Assembly (NCBI GenBank): GCA_045600905.1
Contig: JAZRYT010000189.1
Span: forward strand, 33,748-97,747
Length of the DNA: 64,000 bases
Direction: 5' to 3'
From: Bacteroidales bacterium
GTDB lineage: Bacteria > Bacteroidota > Bacteroidia > Bacteroidales > WCHB1-69
Under the pieces are notes generated by a model, which worked only from the letters and a program-made list of their open reading frames with translations, was not told the origin of the DNA and ran no database searches. A program made the position numbers and the translations under genes. Numbering within the stretch: the first letter of the stretch is position 1; each line of letters opens with the position of its first letter. Shown here piece after piece: positions 27,343 through 36,916 of the stretch.

Positions 27343-27421
27343 ATTCACTACGTTCATATTCTCCTGGCAGCTCAGCAAAGCCAAACAAGTTATGTCTTTG
27401 CTTTCGCTTGCTGCGTCGAAA

Positions 27422-27442
27422 CAGGTTTTAAGTTTCAGGTTT
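27422..27442. repeat. heptamer array CAGGTTT TAAGTTT CAGGTTT
   Basis: Read directly. It lies exactly 100 bp from the array at 27322 and ends 1 nt before the yfhO-like stop codon (27444-27446). Confidence 0.85.
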
Positions 27443-27443
27443 T

Positions 27444-29558
27444 CTAACGTTTTTCTTTTCTGCCAAGCCAGAGCAGCAATCCTATTGTCAAGACAGACAA
27501 GGCGACTTGCAGAACAAAAGCCCACACATAGAGGGGTCTTTTATACTCCAGTTCGACAGTGTGCTTTCCAGATGGGATGTACAAGGACATCATAGAAAAA
27601 TTCGCCGGTACGATTTCCAATGGATGTCTGCCGTCCAGCGTCGCGCGCCAACCTTTATAGAAATTCTGGCAAAGCACCACAGGCCGTAGTGTGTCGGTGG
27701 AAGCATTGATCACGATGTGACCAGGTTCAAAACAACGAAGGGTGCACCAGGCAGCTGAATTATATGTTGCCGCCAATGACGGATTGTCCGTATATATGGT
27801 GTCACTATTCAACCAATGCGATGCTGTATCAAACACCACGTTTGTCGGACAAAAAACCACAGGCATTCTCATCGGCGTTTCTTCTGACAGATACAAAGCC
27901 AACATTTTCGAATATGTGTTTAGCTTTACGGGATTCAGGCTGCACCATTCGACTTCCTTAAAAAAAGGACCGATATTCTGCCAATATGACCAAGCTTCGT
28001 GCTTATGCACGATGTCAACACAATCGAGTGTTTCCTGTGGGATAGGATAACCGGGCACAGAATATGCTTTCGCCATCTGGGCCATATCCTTATTCGTATC
28101 ATAAATCGTCTTTGGTCCACAGAGATTAGCTTGAAGAACAATGTCAGATATCAATATGAACGTCAAAAAGACGACAGCTGATTTTTCATTTTTGATATGG
28201 AAAGCTACAACAAAGAGGAACGAAAAGAAGGCTGCCATACAGGATTCAACCAAACATTTCTGTGCCACACCGCCCTCTTTCCAGTTTGACAACGGAGATT
28301 GTCCTTTCAGAGTTATGGCCAACAATATTGAAATAACGAGGAAAACGGCAAAAAACAAGAGACCCACGATTTTCATACGGTTCCTGTTTTCAGTATGATT
28401 TTCCAAAACATTCTGAACTCCCACTGTCACCAAAAGTAGGATTGACAAGATGAAGAATATTCGGAACAGAGCTGGCAGACGGATGAAGCATATAAGGGGG
28501 ATATACTTGAAAACCAGTCTGAAAAGAGTAGTCTGAGCGCCAAACGCCATCACTAAGCAGAGCAGTCCGAATGCGGCAATAGTCCATACCGTCACGTTCT
28601 TGTTTTTCAGAATTCCATAAATGGCAAACGGAATGACAAACAGTCCCATATAGATACTTGCCATAGAGATATCGGTATGGGTAAAGGCAGAATCACTGAC
28701 AGCAAGATAGGGGAAGAATACGGAGACAAGACTCGGGATAGTAAAAGGTTGGGTAGTCTGCTCGATAGTGAGTTTCATTCCTCTGGAAATGAGCGGTTTG
28801 ATTTCCAATTGCGATATCAGAGTCGGAGCGCACAATACTATTGTCAGGAACAGGGTCGAAAATCCGCAAAGCAGCAGTTTCCAGATATAGGACCAATTGC
28901 GCTGAAGTAAGGCTCGAACAATATATACGACCAACAATGTCAAAATCAGATAGAACAATATGAAGTACGTACCCGGATAGCCTCCCGACACCATTAATGA
29001 TAGCGGCAGCGGAGGCAACAGTAGCGTTTTCCAAGAAGGATTTTCCAAAAGTCGGCAAAAGGCATAGACTATCCAGGGAATCCAAGTTGCAGACACTATC
29101 CAAACAAGATGTTCAGCATTTCCTATGAAGAAACCGGATAAAGCATAACAGCAAGCAGTCTCAAATGACGCCACCCTATTACCTGTGAAATGCCAGGCTA
29201 ACAGATAAAATCCCACTGCGGCCATAAAGGTATGGAATATAAACTCTATGCCGCAAAACAGCGTGGTGTATTTTCCACAGAAGGCGAAAAGCCACATTGG
29301 CAGATAAAAGACACCGGCCTGCGGGTCGGAATGCAAAGGAGTTCCCATAGACTGATACGGATTCCATAGAGGGAATATGCCGTTGCGAATACATTCCGTG
29401 GTGAAATAACGACAAGGGAAAAATTGATTTATGAAATCATATATGGGAGCATTCCATAGAAACGCCCCGTATCCGGCGAGACAGACAAACAACATAAGAA
29501 ACACATAAAAGCCGTGTGTTTTACTGATGTTGCGTATGATTTCGTTGAATTTGCTCAT
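27444..29558 (-). CDS. YfhO-like polytopic membrane protein (putative glycosyl/lipid-linked transferase family)
   Basis: 704 aa with more than 12 predicted TM helices, the N-terminal WNPYQSMGTPLHSDPQ motif and a C-terminal extracytoplasmic domain ending in a final TM helix. Confidence 0.55.
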   Translation of the reverse strand: MSKFNEIIRNISKTHGFYVFLMLFVCLAGYGAFLWNAPIYDFINQFFPCRYFTTECIRNGIFPLWNPYQSMGTPLHSDPQAGVFYLPMWLFAFCGKYTTLFCGIEFIFHTFMAAVGFYLLAWHFTGNRVASFETACCYALSGFFIGNAEHLVWIVSATWIPWIVYAFCRLLENPSWKTLLLPPLPLSLMVSGGYPGTYFILFYLILTLLVVYIVRALLQRNWSYIWKLLLCGFSTLFLTIVLCAPTLISQLEIKPLISRGMKLTIEQTTQPFTIPSLVSVFFPYLAVSDSAFTHTDISMASIYMGLFVIPFAIYGILKNKNVTVWTIAAFGLLCLVMAFGAQTTLFRLVFKYIPLICFIRLPALFRIFFILSILLLVTVGVQNVLENHTENRNRMKIVGLLFFAVFLVISILLAITLKGQSPLSNWKEGGVAQKCLVESCMAAFFSFLFVVAFHIKNEKSAVVFLTFILISDIVLQANLCGPKTIYDTNKDMAQMAKAYSVPGYPIPQETLDCVDIVHKHEAWSYWQNIGPFFKEVEWCSLNPVKLNTYSKMLALYLSEETPMRMPVVFCPTNVVFDTASHWLNSDTIYTDNPSLAATYNSAAWCTLRCFEPGHIVINASTDTLRPVVLCQNFYKGWRATLDGRHPLEIVPANFSMMSLYIPSGKHTVELEYKRPLYVWAFVLQVALSVLTIGLLLWLGRKEKR

Positions 29559-29616
29559 AGCAAAAGCATTTGTGTGTATTCATACTTTATAAACTATTGA
29601 AGAACTTTTCTCAGCC

Positions 29617-30228
29617 TCACCCTCCGAATGCTTCCAATAGGCTGTTGCCATCGGTAATGTGCATTGTTCGCAAGCCGCACAACTGCGCACCTTTGAGATG
29701 TTGCGGGGAATCATCCACAACGAGTGTTTCTGAAGGATTCAAGCCATTCTCTTCAAGGATTAATTTAAAGCCCTCGGGCTTGGGTTTGCGTATATGGATA
29801 AGTTGTGAGAAATAGCATTTCTCAAAATATCGGTCAAAGATATCATAACCGAACTGTTCGCGCATTTGCGCACGGAAAGCCTCATAGTTCAACTCATTGG
29901 TATTGCTGAACAGGAACAGCCGATACTGCTGGCTGAGACGCTGCAACAACTGTTCGTGTTCTTTAGGAAAACCCAAAAGGATGGAGTTCCAACATTCGTC
30001 AATCTGCTGGTCTGAGAGGTCGTTATCGGCCAACGTGCGGATATAGTCTCGAAAATCCGGCGTGGGGAGAAAGCCCTCCTCATAAAGGTCCATCACCTCG
30101 TTTTGTTTCTTCTTGGAATAGATTTCTTCAAAATGGGGCAGCCCGCAACGGTCAAATGCCTCTGGGATATTCTGATAACGGATATTATACAACACTCCGC
30201 CGAAATCCAATATCAAGTTTCTTATCAT
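29617..30228 (-). CDS. HAD-superfamily hydrolase (subfamily IA-like)
   Basis: Motif I LILDFGGVLY, motif II SNTN, and VVDDS near the C-terminus. ATG 30228 is chosen because the track's 49-aa extension has no homology signal and covers the repeat array. Confidence 0.7.
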   Translation of the reverse strand: MIRNLILDFGGVLYNIRYQNIPEAFDRCGLPHFEEIYSKKKQNEVMDLYEEGFLPTPDFRDYIRTLADNDLSDQQIDECWNSILLGFPKEHEQLLQRLSQQYRLFLFSNTNELNYEAFRAQMREQFGYDIFDRYFEKCYFSQLIHIRKPKPEGFKLILEENGLNPSETLVVDDSPQHLKGAQLCGLRTMHITDGNSLLEAFGG

Positions 30229-30247
30229 ACTATGTTCTTTATGGTAT

Positions 30248-30296
30248 CTGTGAACTGTTTTTTGTGAGCTGTGAGCAGTGAACTGTGATCTGAATG
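30248..30296. repeat. seven-unit degenerate heptamer array CTGTGAA CTGTTTT TTGTGAG CTGTGAG CAGTGAA CTGTGAT CTGAATG
   Basis: Read directly, 20 nt upstream of the HAD gene ATG. On the coding strand the units read CAGNTCA. Confidence 0.9.
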
Positions 30297-30377
30297 GGAA
30301 TGACAGATTTATTATCAATAATATATTGAATAGTGGTGCTTTTATTTTTGATATGAAGGAAGGGGCGCAAAACACTG

Positions 30378-30998
30378 CTAACGTTTGTCTAATTCCTTTT
30401 GGATTTTTTCCGCCAATTCATAATCCTCACTTTCAATAGCGCCTTCGAGCAAAGTTTGCAATTCATCAGCGGACATTTCCTTCAACTTCTGATCTATGAA
30501 GGCATCATTCACACCATTTTCGTCCTCATCAGGAGTTAATTCTTCCATCAATTCGTTGTACTCTTTTTCTTCAGATTCCTCGTCAGAAGGGAGGTCTTCC
30601 ATACAATTGGCCACAAAAATATCTTCGTTCATAAAGAACGGGGCATTGAATTTCAAAGCCAAAGATATGGCGTCCGATGGACGGGCATCCAGATGGAACA
30701 GTGTGCCGTCGCTACGTTTCATCAGCATATCGGCATAATAGACGCCATTCGCATAATGGACGATATCCACTTCTGTCAATGCGCAATTGAAGTTGTCAGC
30801 CAATGACACGAAAAGTTCGTGCGTCAGCGGTCGATGTGTGGGCGACTGGTTCAGTTCCACCAGAATCGCGCGGGCCTCGCTCATCCCGATGATGATAGGC
30901 ACATAGCGTTCACCCTCCTTTTCCTTGAGTATCAAAGAAAAGGCTTCGGACGGACGTGCCGCCGCGTGAATGTCCGCAACCTGAAGCTCGATTTTCAT
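30378..30998 (-). CDS. bifunctional nuclease family protein (DUF151) with C-terminal UVR motif
   Basis: VPIIIGMSEARAILVEL...RPLTHELF is the core of the DNase/RNase family. It is followed by an acidic linker and ELQTLLEGAIESEDYELAEKIQKELDKR, which is UvrB/C-like. Confidence 0.7.
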   Translation of the reverse strand: MKIELQVADIHAAARPSEAFSLILKEKEGERYVPIIIGMSEARAILVELNQSPTHRPLTHELFVSLADNFNCALTEVDIVHYANGVYYADMLMKRSDGTLFHLDARPSDAISLALKFNAPFFMNEDIFVANCMEDLPSDEESEEKEYNELMEELTPDEDENGVNDAFIDQKLKEMSADELQTLLEGAIESEDYELAEKIQKELDKR

Positions 30999-31045
30999 AA
31001 TTATTTGGTTAAAATGAAATGAGGAATTTGAATAGAGGAATTATA

Positions 31046-31909
31046 TTATTGTGCTTTCCATGTCGAATTAAACCATTGACGTTGCTTCAACCATTGTTTA
31101 GATGCCTGCAAAGCGTGATTGATGAAAATTTCAAAATCTATTGAAAGTGGATAAATTCTATCTTGAATTTCTTTCTCCGACAAAACATACATTCCATGCC
31201 ACCCATTAGTGGGAAATTCCTTCGAACCACCATTTACCATAAATTTGAATTTAGGTAATTTCAAAAATTCTCCATCCAAGACGAAAGCCACACTCCAAAA
31301 AAAAGACTCCATTGCATGCAAGGATGGTTCACGATCCCTCGTCACTCTATCCCTAACACTCGTTTTACATTGTACGCAACCAAAACAATATTTCTTGCCA
31401 TTGTCATTTACAATACAAAACAAATCAAAAATATTACCTTTTACCTGTTCTCTTAGCCAACTCAAATCTCGAGGTTCATTTTTCAATTCTTCATTCTTCA
31501 ATAAAACATTCAAATCTCTCTGTAGAATAATTTCTATACCATATTCTTTCAATGACAACGACGACAATTCCTTGATCACTTCTTCAAAAGCATGACCGCT
31601 TGATTTTTTCCAGCTTTGTTCTGCACTGATAACCTTTTGGATAGTTTCTATATCTCCTATTCCAGATTTTCTAAATAAATGGACTTGATAAATAGCATTC
31701 CACAATTGCGAAACACATGGATCCTTGAAATTTTTCAATCCCTCAACAATACAACAACGAATTGCTGATTTTTGCGCTTCTTTATCCCACTTTTCTTTAA
31801 TAGAATCTGGCGAAGTATCTCTTTTAAAGTTCTTTTCACAAGTATTCATATAAGATTCATATTCATTAGAATATGTCTTATAACAAAATTCATAATACTT
31901 ATTTTCCAT
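31046..31909 (-). CDS. type II restriction endonuclease, PD-(D/E)xK fold (candidate CCGG/CCNGG-family)
   Basis: Overlaps the m5C methyltransferase gene by 11 nt. Contains D-x17-Q-x-K-x3-R-D-R-x5-E (FDLFCIV...GCVQCKTSVRDRVTRDRE). The region is AT-rich. Confidence 0.6.
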   Translation of the reverse strand: MENKYYEFCYKTYSNEYESYMNTCEKNFKRDTSPDSIKEKWDKEAQKSAIRCCIVEGLKNFKDPCVSQLWNAIYQVHLFRKSGIGDIETIQKVISAEQSWKKSSGHAFEEVIKELSSLSLKEYGIEIILQRDLNVLLKNEELKNEPRDLSWLREQVKGNIFDLFCIVNDNGKKYCFGCVQCKTSVRDRVTRDREPSLHAMESFFWSVAFVLDGEFLKLPKFKFMVNGGSKEFPTNGWHGMYVLSEKEIQDRIYPLSIDFEIFINHALQASKQWLKQRQWFNSTWKAQ

Positions 31910-33086
31910 TATAATTTAGATTAAACAAATAAATGATTTGCACTCCCCAAGCATAAGCTAACAGAGGAGGGACAGCATCGCCAATCTGCTCATACTTATC
32001 TTGAACTGCTCGATCAATATGAGGAACTATATAAGGACCTCCAACAAAATCATACGAGTCTGGGAAAGACTGTAAACGCGCACATTCCCTAACCGTTAAA
32101 CACCTATCATAATTTGGATGAACAAATTCATCCAAGCAATGACTTGTCACTGTGGGAGATGGTGCATCGGGAACAAGACGATAATTTCGTTTTATGAATA
32201 ATTTTTTAGGCAACACCCTTTCTAACTGCAATTTCTGTCGTTCCTCTCCTTGATATCGATCAAAAAGAGATTTGAGGCTTTCACCTTGATTTAAAAGATG
32301 GAATCTTTTCAAAGTACATGCTCGATGATTCATTGGTTTATGATTCATAATACATCCTGAAGACATTGTCTCTCGTTTCCAAAAAGAATCATCACGCATT
32401 AACGTTTGATATTCCGATATTTCATCTGTATATTCTGTTTGTTCTTCATTCGAATTTGGTATTACATTTGGCAGTCCCGCCAAAGCATCTCTAACTGTTA
32501 CTGCTTTTCTATATTGATTTGGTTCTGACAACCACCATTGTTCAAAACGAGTTGCCAATATGAAAAAACGATTCCGCTTTTGAGGAACACCAAATTTAGT
32601 AGCATCAAGAACCACTTGAATCATATTTCCATAACCAGCATCCTTTAATTCTTCACGGAGTACCTCAACTATCAATTTGTTTGCATCTTTAGATACTTTT
32701 TTTGAAGTAATGGCAGGGACATTTTCAAAGAGAATCATTTTAGCATTGGACATTTTTGCTATTCTAATACCTTCTCTAAATAAGAACTGTCTATGGTCAT
32801 AAAAAGAGCGGGAAGTATTTCCTGCCGTTGAAAAGGTTTCACACGGCATTCCAGAAGTAACAAGATCAACACCTTCTTCAGGAACAAAAGGAAGAACTTG
32901 TTCTTCAGTAACATCTCTTATATCCGAGTTTATAACATGAACTTCAGGATGATTGGCAGAATAAGTCTCGCAACAACTTTGAATGTATTCAATCGCAACA
33001 AGTGTTTTGAAACCAGCAGCATGAAGGCCTGTACAAATCCCTCCGGGACCTGCAAAACAATCTATATGCGTAAATACTTGTTTCAT
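31899..33086 (-). CDS. DNA (cytosine-5)-methyltransferase
   Basis: Motif I FAGPGG, motif IV GMPCETFS, motif VI ENV, motif VIII QKRNRFF and motif X GDAVPP. Confidence 0.9.
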   Translation of the reverse strand: MKQVFTHIDCFAGPGGICTGLHAAGFKTLVAIEYIQSCCETYSANHPEVHVINSDIRDVTEEQVLPFVPEEGVDLVTSGMPCETFSTAGNTSRSFYDHRQFLFREGIRIAKMSNAKMILFENVPAITSKKVSKDANKLIVEVLREELKDAGYGNMIQVVLDATKFGVPQKRNRFFILATRFEQWWLSEPNQYRKAVTVRDALAGLPNVIPNSNEEQTEYTDEISEYQTLMRDDSFWKRETMSSGCIMNHKPMNHRACTLKRFHLLNQGESLKSLFDRYQGEERQKLQLERVLPKKLFIKRNYRLVPDAPSPTVTSHCLDEFVHPNYDRCLTVRECARLQSFPDSYDFVGGPYIVPHIDRAVQDKYEQIGDAVPPLLAYAWGVQIIYLFNLNYNGK

Positions 33087-33113
33087 AACGAAGACTGGCT
33101 TTTTATTGAATTA

Positions 33114-36100
33114 CTAGCGTCTAAAGTAGTTCACTGCATTTTTGAAAAGATCTTGGCACTTGTCGCCTTCGATATTCTTGTACAGATTCTCGCCTTTACG
33201 TTCGCTGTGGCCCATCTTGCCGAGGATAAGTCCGTCGGCGGAAACGATGCCTTCGATGGCGTAGAATGAGCCGTTCGGGTTGTCGGCCGGGTCCATACTC
33301 ACGTTGCCATTTTCATCGCAATATTGGAAGGCCACCTGTCCGTGTTCGAACAACTCCTTGGCCAGTTCCTTAGTGACCACGAATTTGCCTTCACCGTGGC
33401 TGACGGCGATGTTGTGCATATCGCCAACCTTGAAAGAGGTGAGCCAAGGAGAAGCCACCGTTGCGATGCGCGTACGCACGAGACGGGAAATGTGGCGATT
33501 GATGTTGTTGCGGTACAGCGTCGGGGATTCGGGAGTGATATCACCCAAACGTCCGTAAGGCAGCAAACCGGATTTCACCAAAGCCTGGAAGCCGTTGCAG
33601 ATACCGAGAACCAGTCCCTTGCGGGCAAGCAGGTCGTTAATGGCAGCCTTAATCTCCGCATTGTTCAACACCGTAGCGATAAACTTGCCACTGCCGTCAG
33701 GCTCGTCACCGGAGCTGAAACCGCCGCTGAGTGCCAAAATCTGAGATTCGCGTATAGCAGCGGACAACTCTTGGATGGAACCGTTGATTTCGGTTTCATT
33801 GAGGTTACGGAAAACGAAGATGCGCGGATCGGCACCAGCATCTTCAAATGCTTTGGCCGTGTCATAATCGCAGTTCGTGCCAGGGAACACCGGCAGGATG
33901 ACTTTGGGCTTTTCAATGCGGACGGGCGATTTCATCACCGGAGCGCATTTGCTGTTGACTGCAAATTCAGAGCCTGTGGATGTCGTTTCGTTGGCAGCCA
34001 TCTCCGGATAAAGTTTTCCATAGACGCCACGCCAAGCGGCCAGGCAGGCTGCCTTATCCATAGCTTCGCCATTGACGATGAATTGGTCATCGACCACACC
34101 CAATTCAACAGCGAACTCAGAGTTCAGCTTTTCGGTTGTTTCCACCACGAAGCTTGCATAACCGTAATCAAACAGATTAACAGCGGTATTCACGTTGAAT
34201 CCGAGGTCGTTACCGAAACTCATTTTGCAAAGTGCTTCCATAATGCCGCCGTATTGCAGCGTGAAAGCGGAAACAATCTTGCCGTTGAGAATGTTCTCGC
34301 GCATATATTCAAATTCGCGCTTCGTATAGTCAATATCGGGAAGATTATCAACGATTTTATTCTTTATCAAATAGATATGATTGCCTTTTTGTTTGAATTC
34401 AGGAGAAATGATATTTCCCGCATTTTCAGTGGTGATGGCAAATGAGACGAATGTCGGTGGAACATTCATTTTCTTGAACGTGCCGCTCATAGAGTCCTTG
34501 CCGCCCAAAGAAGCGAGGCGGAACTGGTGCAGCATCCAAACAGAGCCGAGCATAGCGGCACAGGGCTTGCCCCAACGGGTCGGTTCGTGGCCCATCTTCT
34601 CGAAATATTCTTGGAAGGTGAATCTGATTTTGCGATAATCAGCACCTGTGGCCACAATCTTGGACATAGATTCCAAAATAGCATACACAGCGGCGTGGAA
34701 CGGGGAACGCAACGCGATGTACGGGTTATAGCCGAACGCCATAATACTTGTCGTGTTGGTATGGCCGTGCAAGACGGGAAGTTTCTGAGCGGAAACCTGG
34801 GCTTCCGTCAATTGGTTCTTGCCACCGAACGGCATCAGCACGGTGGTAGCGCCAATCGTTGCGTCAAACATTTCAATGAGACCCTTTTGAGAAGCCACAT
34901 TCGGATTGGTCAGCACACTGACAGCTTTTTCCTGCATAGTGTCGCCTGTTACGGGTTGGCCTTCCAACACATTGTCGGGCACAGCGTTGATGACGACTTC
35001 CGTCTTCTGGCGCACGCCGTTGGTATTGATAAAGTCGCGGTTGAGGTCAACGATGGTTTTGCCGCGCCACGTCATACGCAGGCGGTTGGTATCTGTCACG
35101 TGGGCAATGATGTTGGCTTCAATATTTTCCTGACGGCAATAGTCGAAGAACACCTCGACATCTTTGGGGTCCACCACGACGCTCATACGTTCCTGTGATT
35201 CGCTGATGGCCACTTCTGAGCCATTCAAGCCTTTGTATTTTGTTCTTACGGTATCCAAATCGATATCCAAACCGTCGGCCAGCTCACCGATAGCGACGCT
35301 GACACCACCAGCGCCGAAGTCATTGGACTTCTTCACCAGACGGGTTACTTCGGGGCGGCGGAAGAGATGTTGGATTTTACGTTCTTCCGGAGCATTACCT
35401 TTTTGAACCTCAGCGGCGCAAGTATCGAGAGATTTCTCGTTGTGTTCCTTGGAGGAGCCGGTTGCGCCTCCGATACCGTCACGGCCTGTGCGTCCACCGA
35501 ACATAATGACCACATCGCCGGGTTTTGGTGTGTCGCGACGCACGTGGTCAACGGGAGCAGCACCTACCACGGCACCGATTTCCAGACGTTTGGCCTGATA
35601 ATCGTTGTGATAGATTTCGCGCACGTGCGTGGTTGCCAAACCGATTTGGTTGCCGTATGAGGAATAGCCGGATGCAGCGCTTTTGGAAATCACAGACTGC
35701 GGGAGTTTGCCTTCGAGAGTTTCGCTCATTGGCGCATTGATGTTGCCGGCGCCGGTCACGCGGAGAGCCTGATAGACGTAGCTACGGCCGCTCAGCGGGT
35801 CGCGAATAGCACCGCCCACGCAGGTGGCAGCTCCACCAAACGGTTCGATTTCCGTCGGATGGTTGTGCGTCTCGTTCTTGAACATCAACAGCCATTTCTC
35901 TATTTTTCCATCCACATCCACATCAATATAGATGCTGCAGGCATTGTTTTCTTCGGAAACCTCCATATCTTCCAAATTGCCGGACATCCGTTCGAACTTG
36001 CCATTGATGGAAGCCATATCCATCAAAGTCTGCGGTTTCACACGATCCTTATAGACCTGCTTGCGCATTTCAAGGTAGTCGTTGTACGCAGCTTGGATTT

Positions 36101-36827
36101 GGTTTTGGAAATTGGAGGGTGTAAACGTAATCCGGGCTAATTCTGTTTCAAAGGTCGTATGGCGGCAGTGGTCGCTCCAATAGGTGTCCAACAACTTGAG
36201 TTCCGTATCGGAAGGCTCGCGTTTTTCCTCATTTTTGAAGTATTCTTGAATGAAACAGATGTCTTCCAAAGACATTGCGAAACCCATTTTCACGCGGAAA
36301 GCTTCCAATTCGTCTTTGCTCCACTGATTGAATTGTTCATAAACGGGGACATCCTGGACATCGGGATTTTCAGCCAATTCCAGCACACTCATATCCTTTT
36401 GACGGGCTTCCACTTCGTTTATGCAGAACTTTTTCACACTGGCAAATTGTTCGGGAGTGAAATCCGCATCAAAGACATAGACTTTTGCACTCTTAATAAC
36501 GGCTTCCGTTTTAGGATCCAAAAGGGAAAGGCACTGCATAGCGCTGTCGGCACGTTGGTCGAACTGGCCGGGTAAGAATTCCACGGCGAAGTATGTTTTG
36601 CCTTCCAATGGAAAGTCCTCATAGATATTATCCACCACAGGTTCGGAAAGCACGCCCACCTTGGCTCTTTCCAAAAGGGTTTCATCCACGTTGAAAATAT
36701 CATAGACCACCAACTGGCGAAGATTCTTGATATTCAAGTTAAAGTTATGATTAAGAGTTTCTTTCAAGCTGACGGCTTCCACATCGAAACCGGCTTTTTT
36801 TTCTACAAAAATACGAGCATTGCGCAT
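33114..36827 (-). CDS. purL: phosphoribosylformylglycinamidine synthase (single-chain large PurL)
   Basis: ~1240 aa comprising an N-terminal domain, an FGAM synthetase core and a C-terminal glutaminase (GICNGFQ). ATG 36827 (MRNARIFVEKK) is preferred over 36842, which lies only 12 nt from the -7 box. The start remains uncertain. Confidence 0.9.
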   Translation of the reverse strand: MRNARIFVEKKAGFDVEAVSLKETLNHNFNLNIKNLRQLVVYDIFNVDETLLERAKVGVLSEPVVDNIYEDFPLEGKTYFAVEFLPGQFDQRADSAMQCLSLLDPKTEAVIKSAKVYVFDADFTPEQFASVKKFCINEVEARQKDMSVLELAENPDVQDVPVYEQFNQWSKDELEAFRVKMGFAMSLEDICFIQEYFKNEEKREPSDTELKLLDTYWSDHCRHTTFETELARITFTPSNFQNQIQAAYNDYLEMRKQVYKDRVKPQTLMDMASINGKFERMSGNLEDMEVSEENNACSIYIDVDVDGKIEKWLLMFKNETHNHPTEIEPFGGAATCVGGAIRDPLSGRSYVYQALRVTGAGNINAPMSETLEGKLPQSVISKSAASGYSSYGNQIGLATTHVREIYHNDYQAKRLEIGAVVGAAPVDHVRRDTPKPGDVVIMFGGRTGRDGIGGATGSSKEHNEKSLDTCAAEVQKGNAPEERKIQHLFRRPEVTRLVKKSNDFGAGGVSVAIGELADGLDIDLDTVRTKYKGLNGSEVAISESQERMSVVVDPKDVEVFFDYCRQENIEANIIAHVTDTNRLRMTWRGKTIVDLNRDFINTNGVRQKTEVVINAVPDNVLEGQPVTGDTMQEKAVSVLTNPNVASQKGLIEMFDATIGATTVLMPFGGKNQLTEAQVSAQKLPVLHGHTNTTSIMAFGYNPYIALRSPFHAAVYAILESMSKIVATGADYRKIRFTFQEYFEKMGHEPTRWGKPCAAMLGSVWMLHQFRLASLGGKDSMSGTFKKMNVPPTFVSFAITTENAGNIISPEFKQKGNHIYLIKNKIVDNLPDIDYTKREFEYMRENILNGKIVSAFTLQYGGIMEALCKMSFGNDLGFNVNTAVNLFDYGYASFVVETTEKLNSEFAVELGVVDDQFIVNGEAMDKAACLAAWRGVYGKLYPEMAANETTSTGSEFAVNSKCAPVMKSPVRIEKPKVILPVFPGTNCDYDTAKAFEDAGADPRIFVFRNLNETEINGSIQELSAAIRESQILALSGGFSSGDEPDGSGKFIATVLNNAEIKAAINDLLARKGLVLGICNGFQALVKSGLLPYGRLGDITPESPTLYRNNINRHISRLVRTRIATVASPWLTSFKVGDMHNIAVSHGEGKFVVTKELAKELFEHGQVAFQYCDENGNVSMDPADNPNGSFYAIEGIVSADGLILGKMGHSERKGENLYKNIEGDKCQDLFKNAVNYFRR

Positions 36828-36853
36828 AATAATGGGTTTCAAAAATTAGGGCG

Positions 36854-36861
36854 CAAAGGTA
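36854..36861 (-). promoter_or_regulatory. -7 box TACCTTTG (purL)
   Basis: The reverse complement of CAAAGGTA matches TAnnTTTG. Confidence 0.5.
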
Positions 36862-36916
36862 CACAAAAAACGAATTTTTTATCCCAATCAAAAGAAATAT
36901 CCGATAATTTTCCCCA

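Noticed and set aside
29617-30375. N-terminal extensions in the ORF track. Examples are the HAD gene from 30375, the substrate-binding-protein gene from 43419, the ABC exporter gene from 49674, DPP4 from 24527, meaB from 55264, mutA from 23138, ferredoxin from 15724 and L31 from 52479.
   Set aside because: The extensions start at non-ATG codons or run through -7 promoter boxes, terminators or repeat arrays. They would also bury obvious signal peptides. Internal ATGs with sensible leaders were used instead.
33324-34445. A 373-aa ORF antisense to purL. Similar long antisense ORFs occur at 698-1576, 5163-6095, 21315-22187, 25175-25771, 46760-47542, 54369-55244 and 55464-56219.
   Set aside because: Each lies entirely inside a gene with an unambiguous conserved product on the opposite strand. 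Their translations are low-complexity (rich in V, G, D, F and H) with no recognisable motifs. They are typical shadow ORFs.
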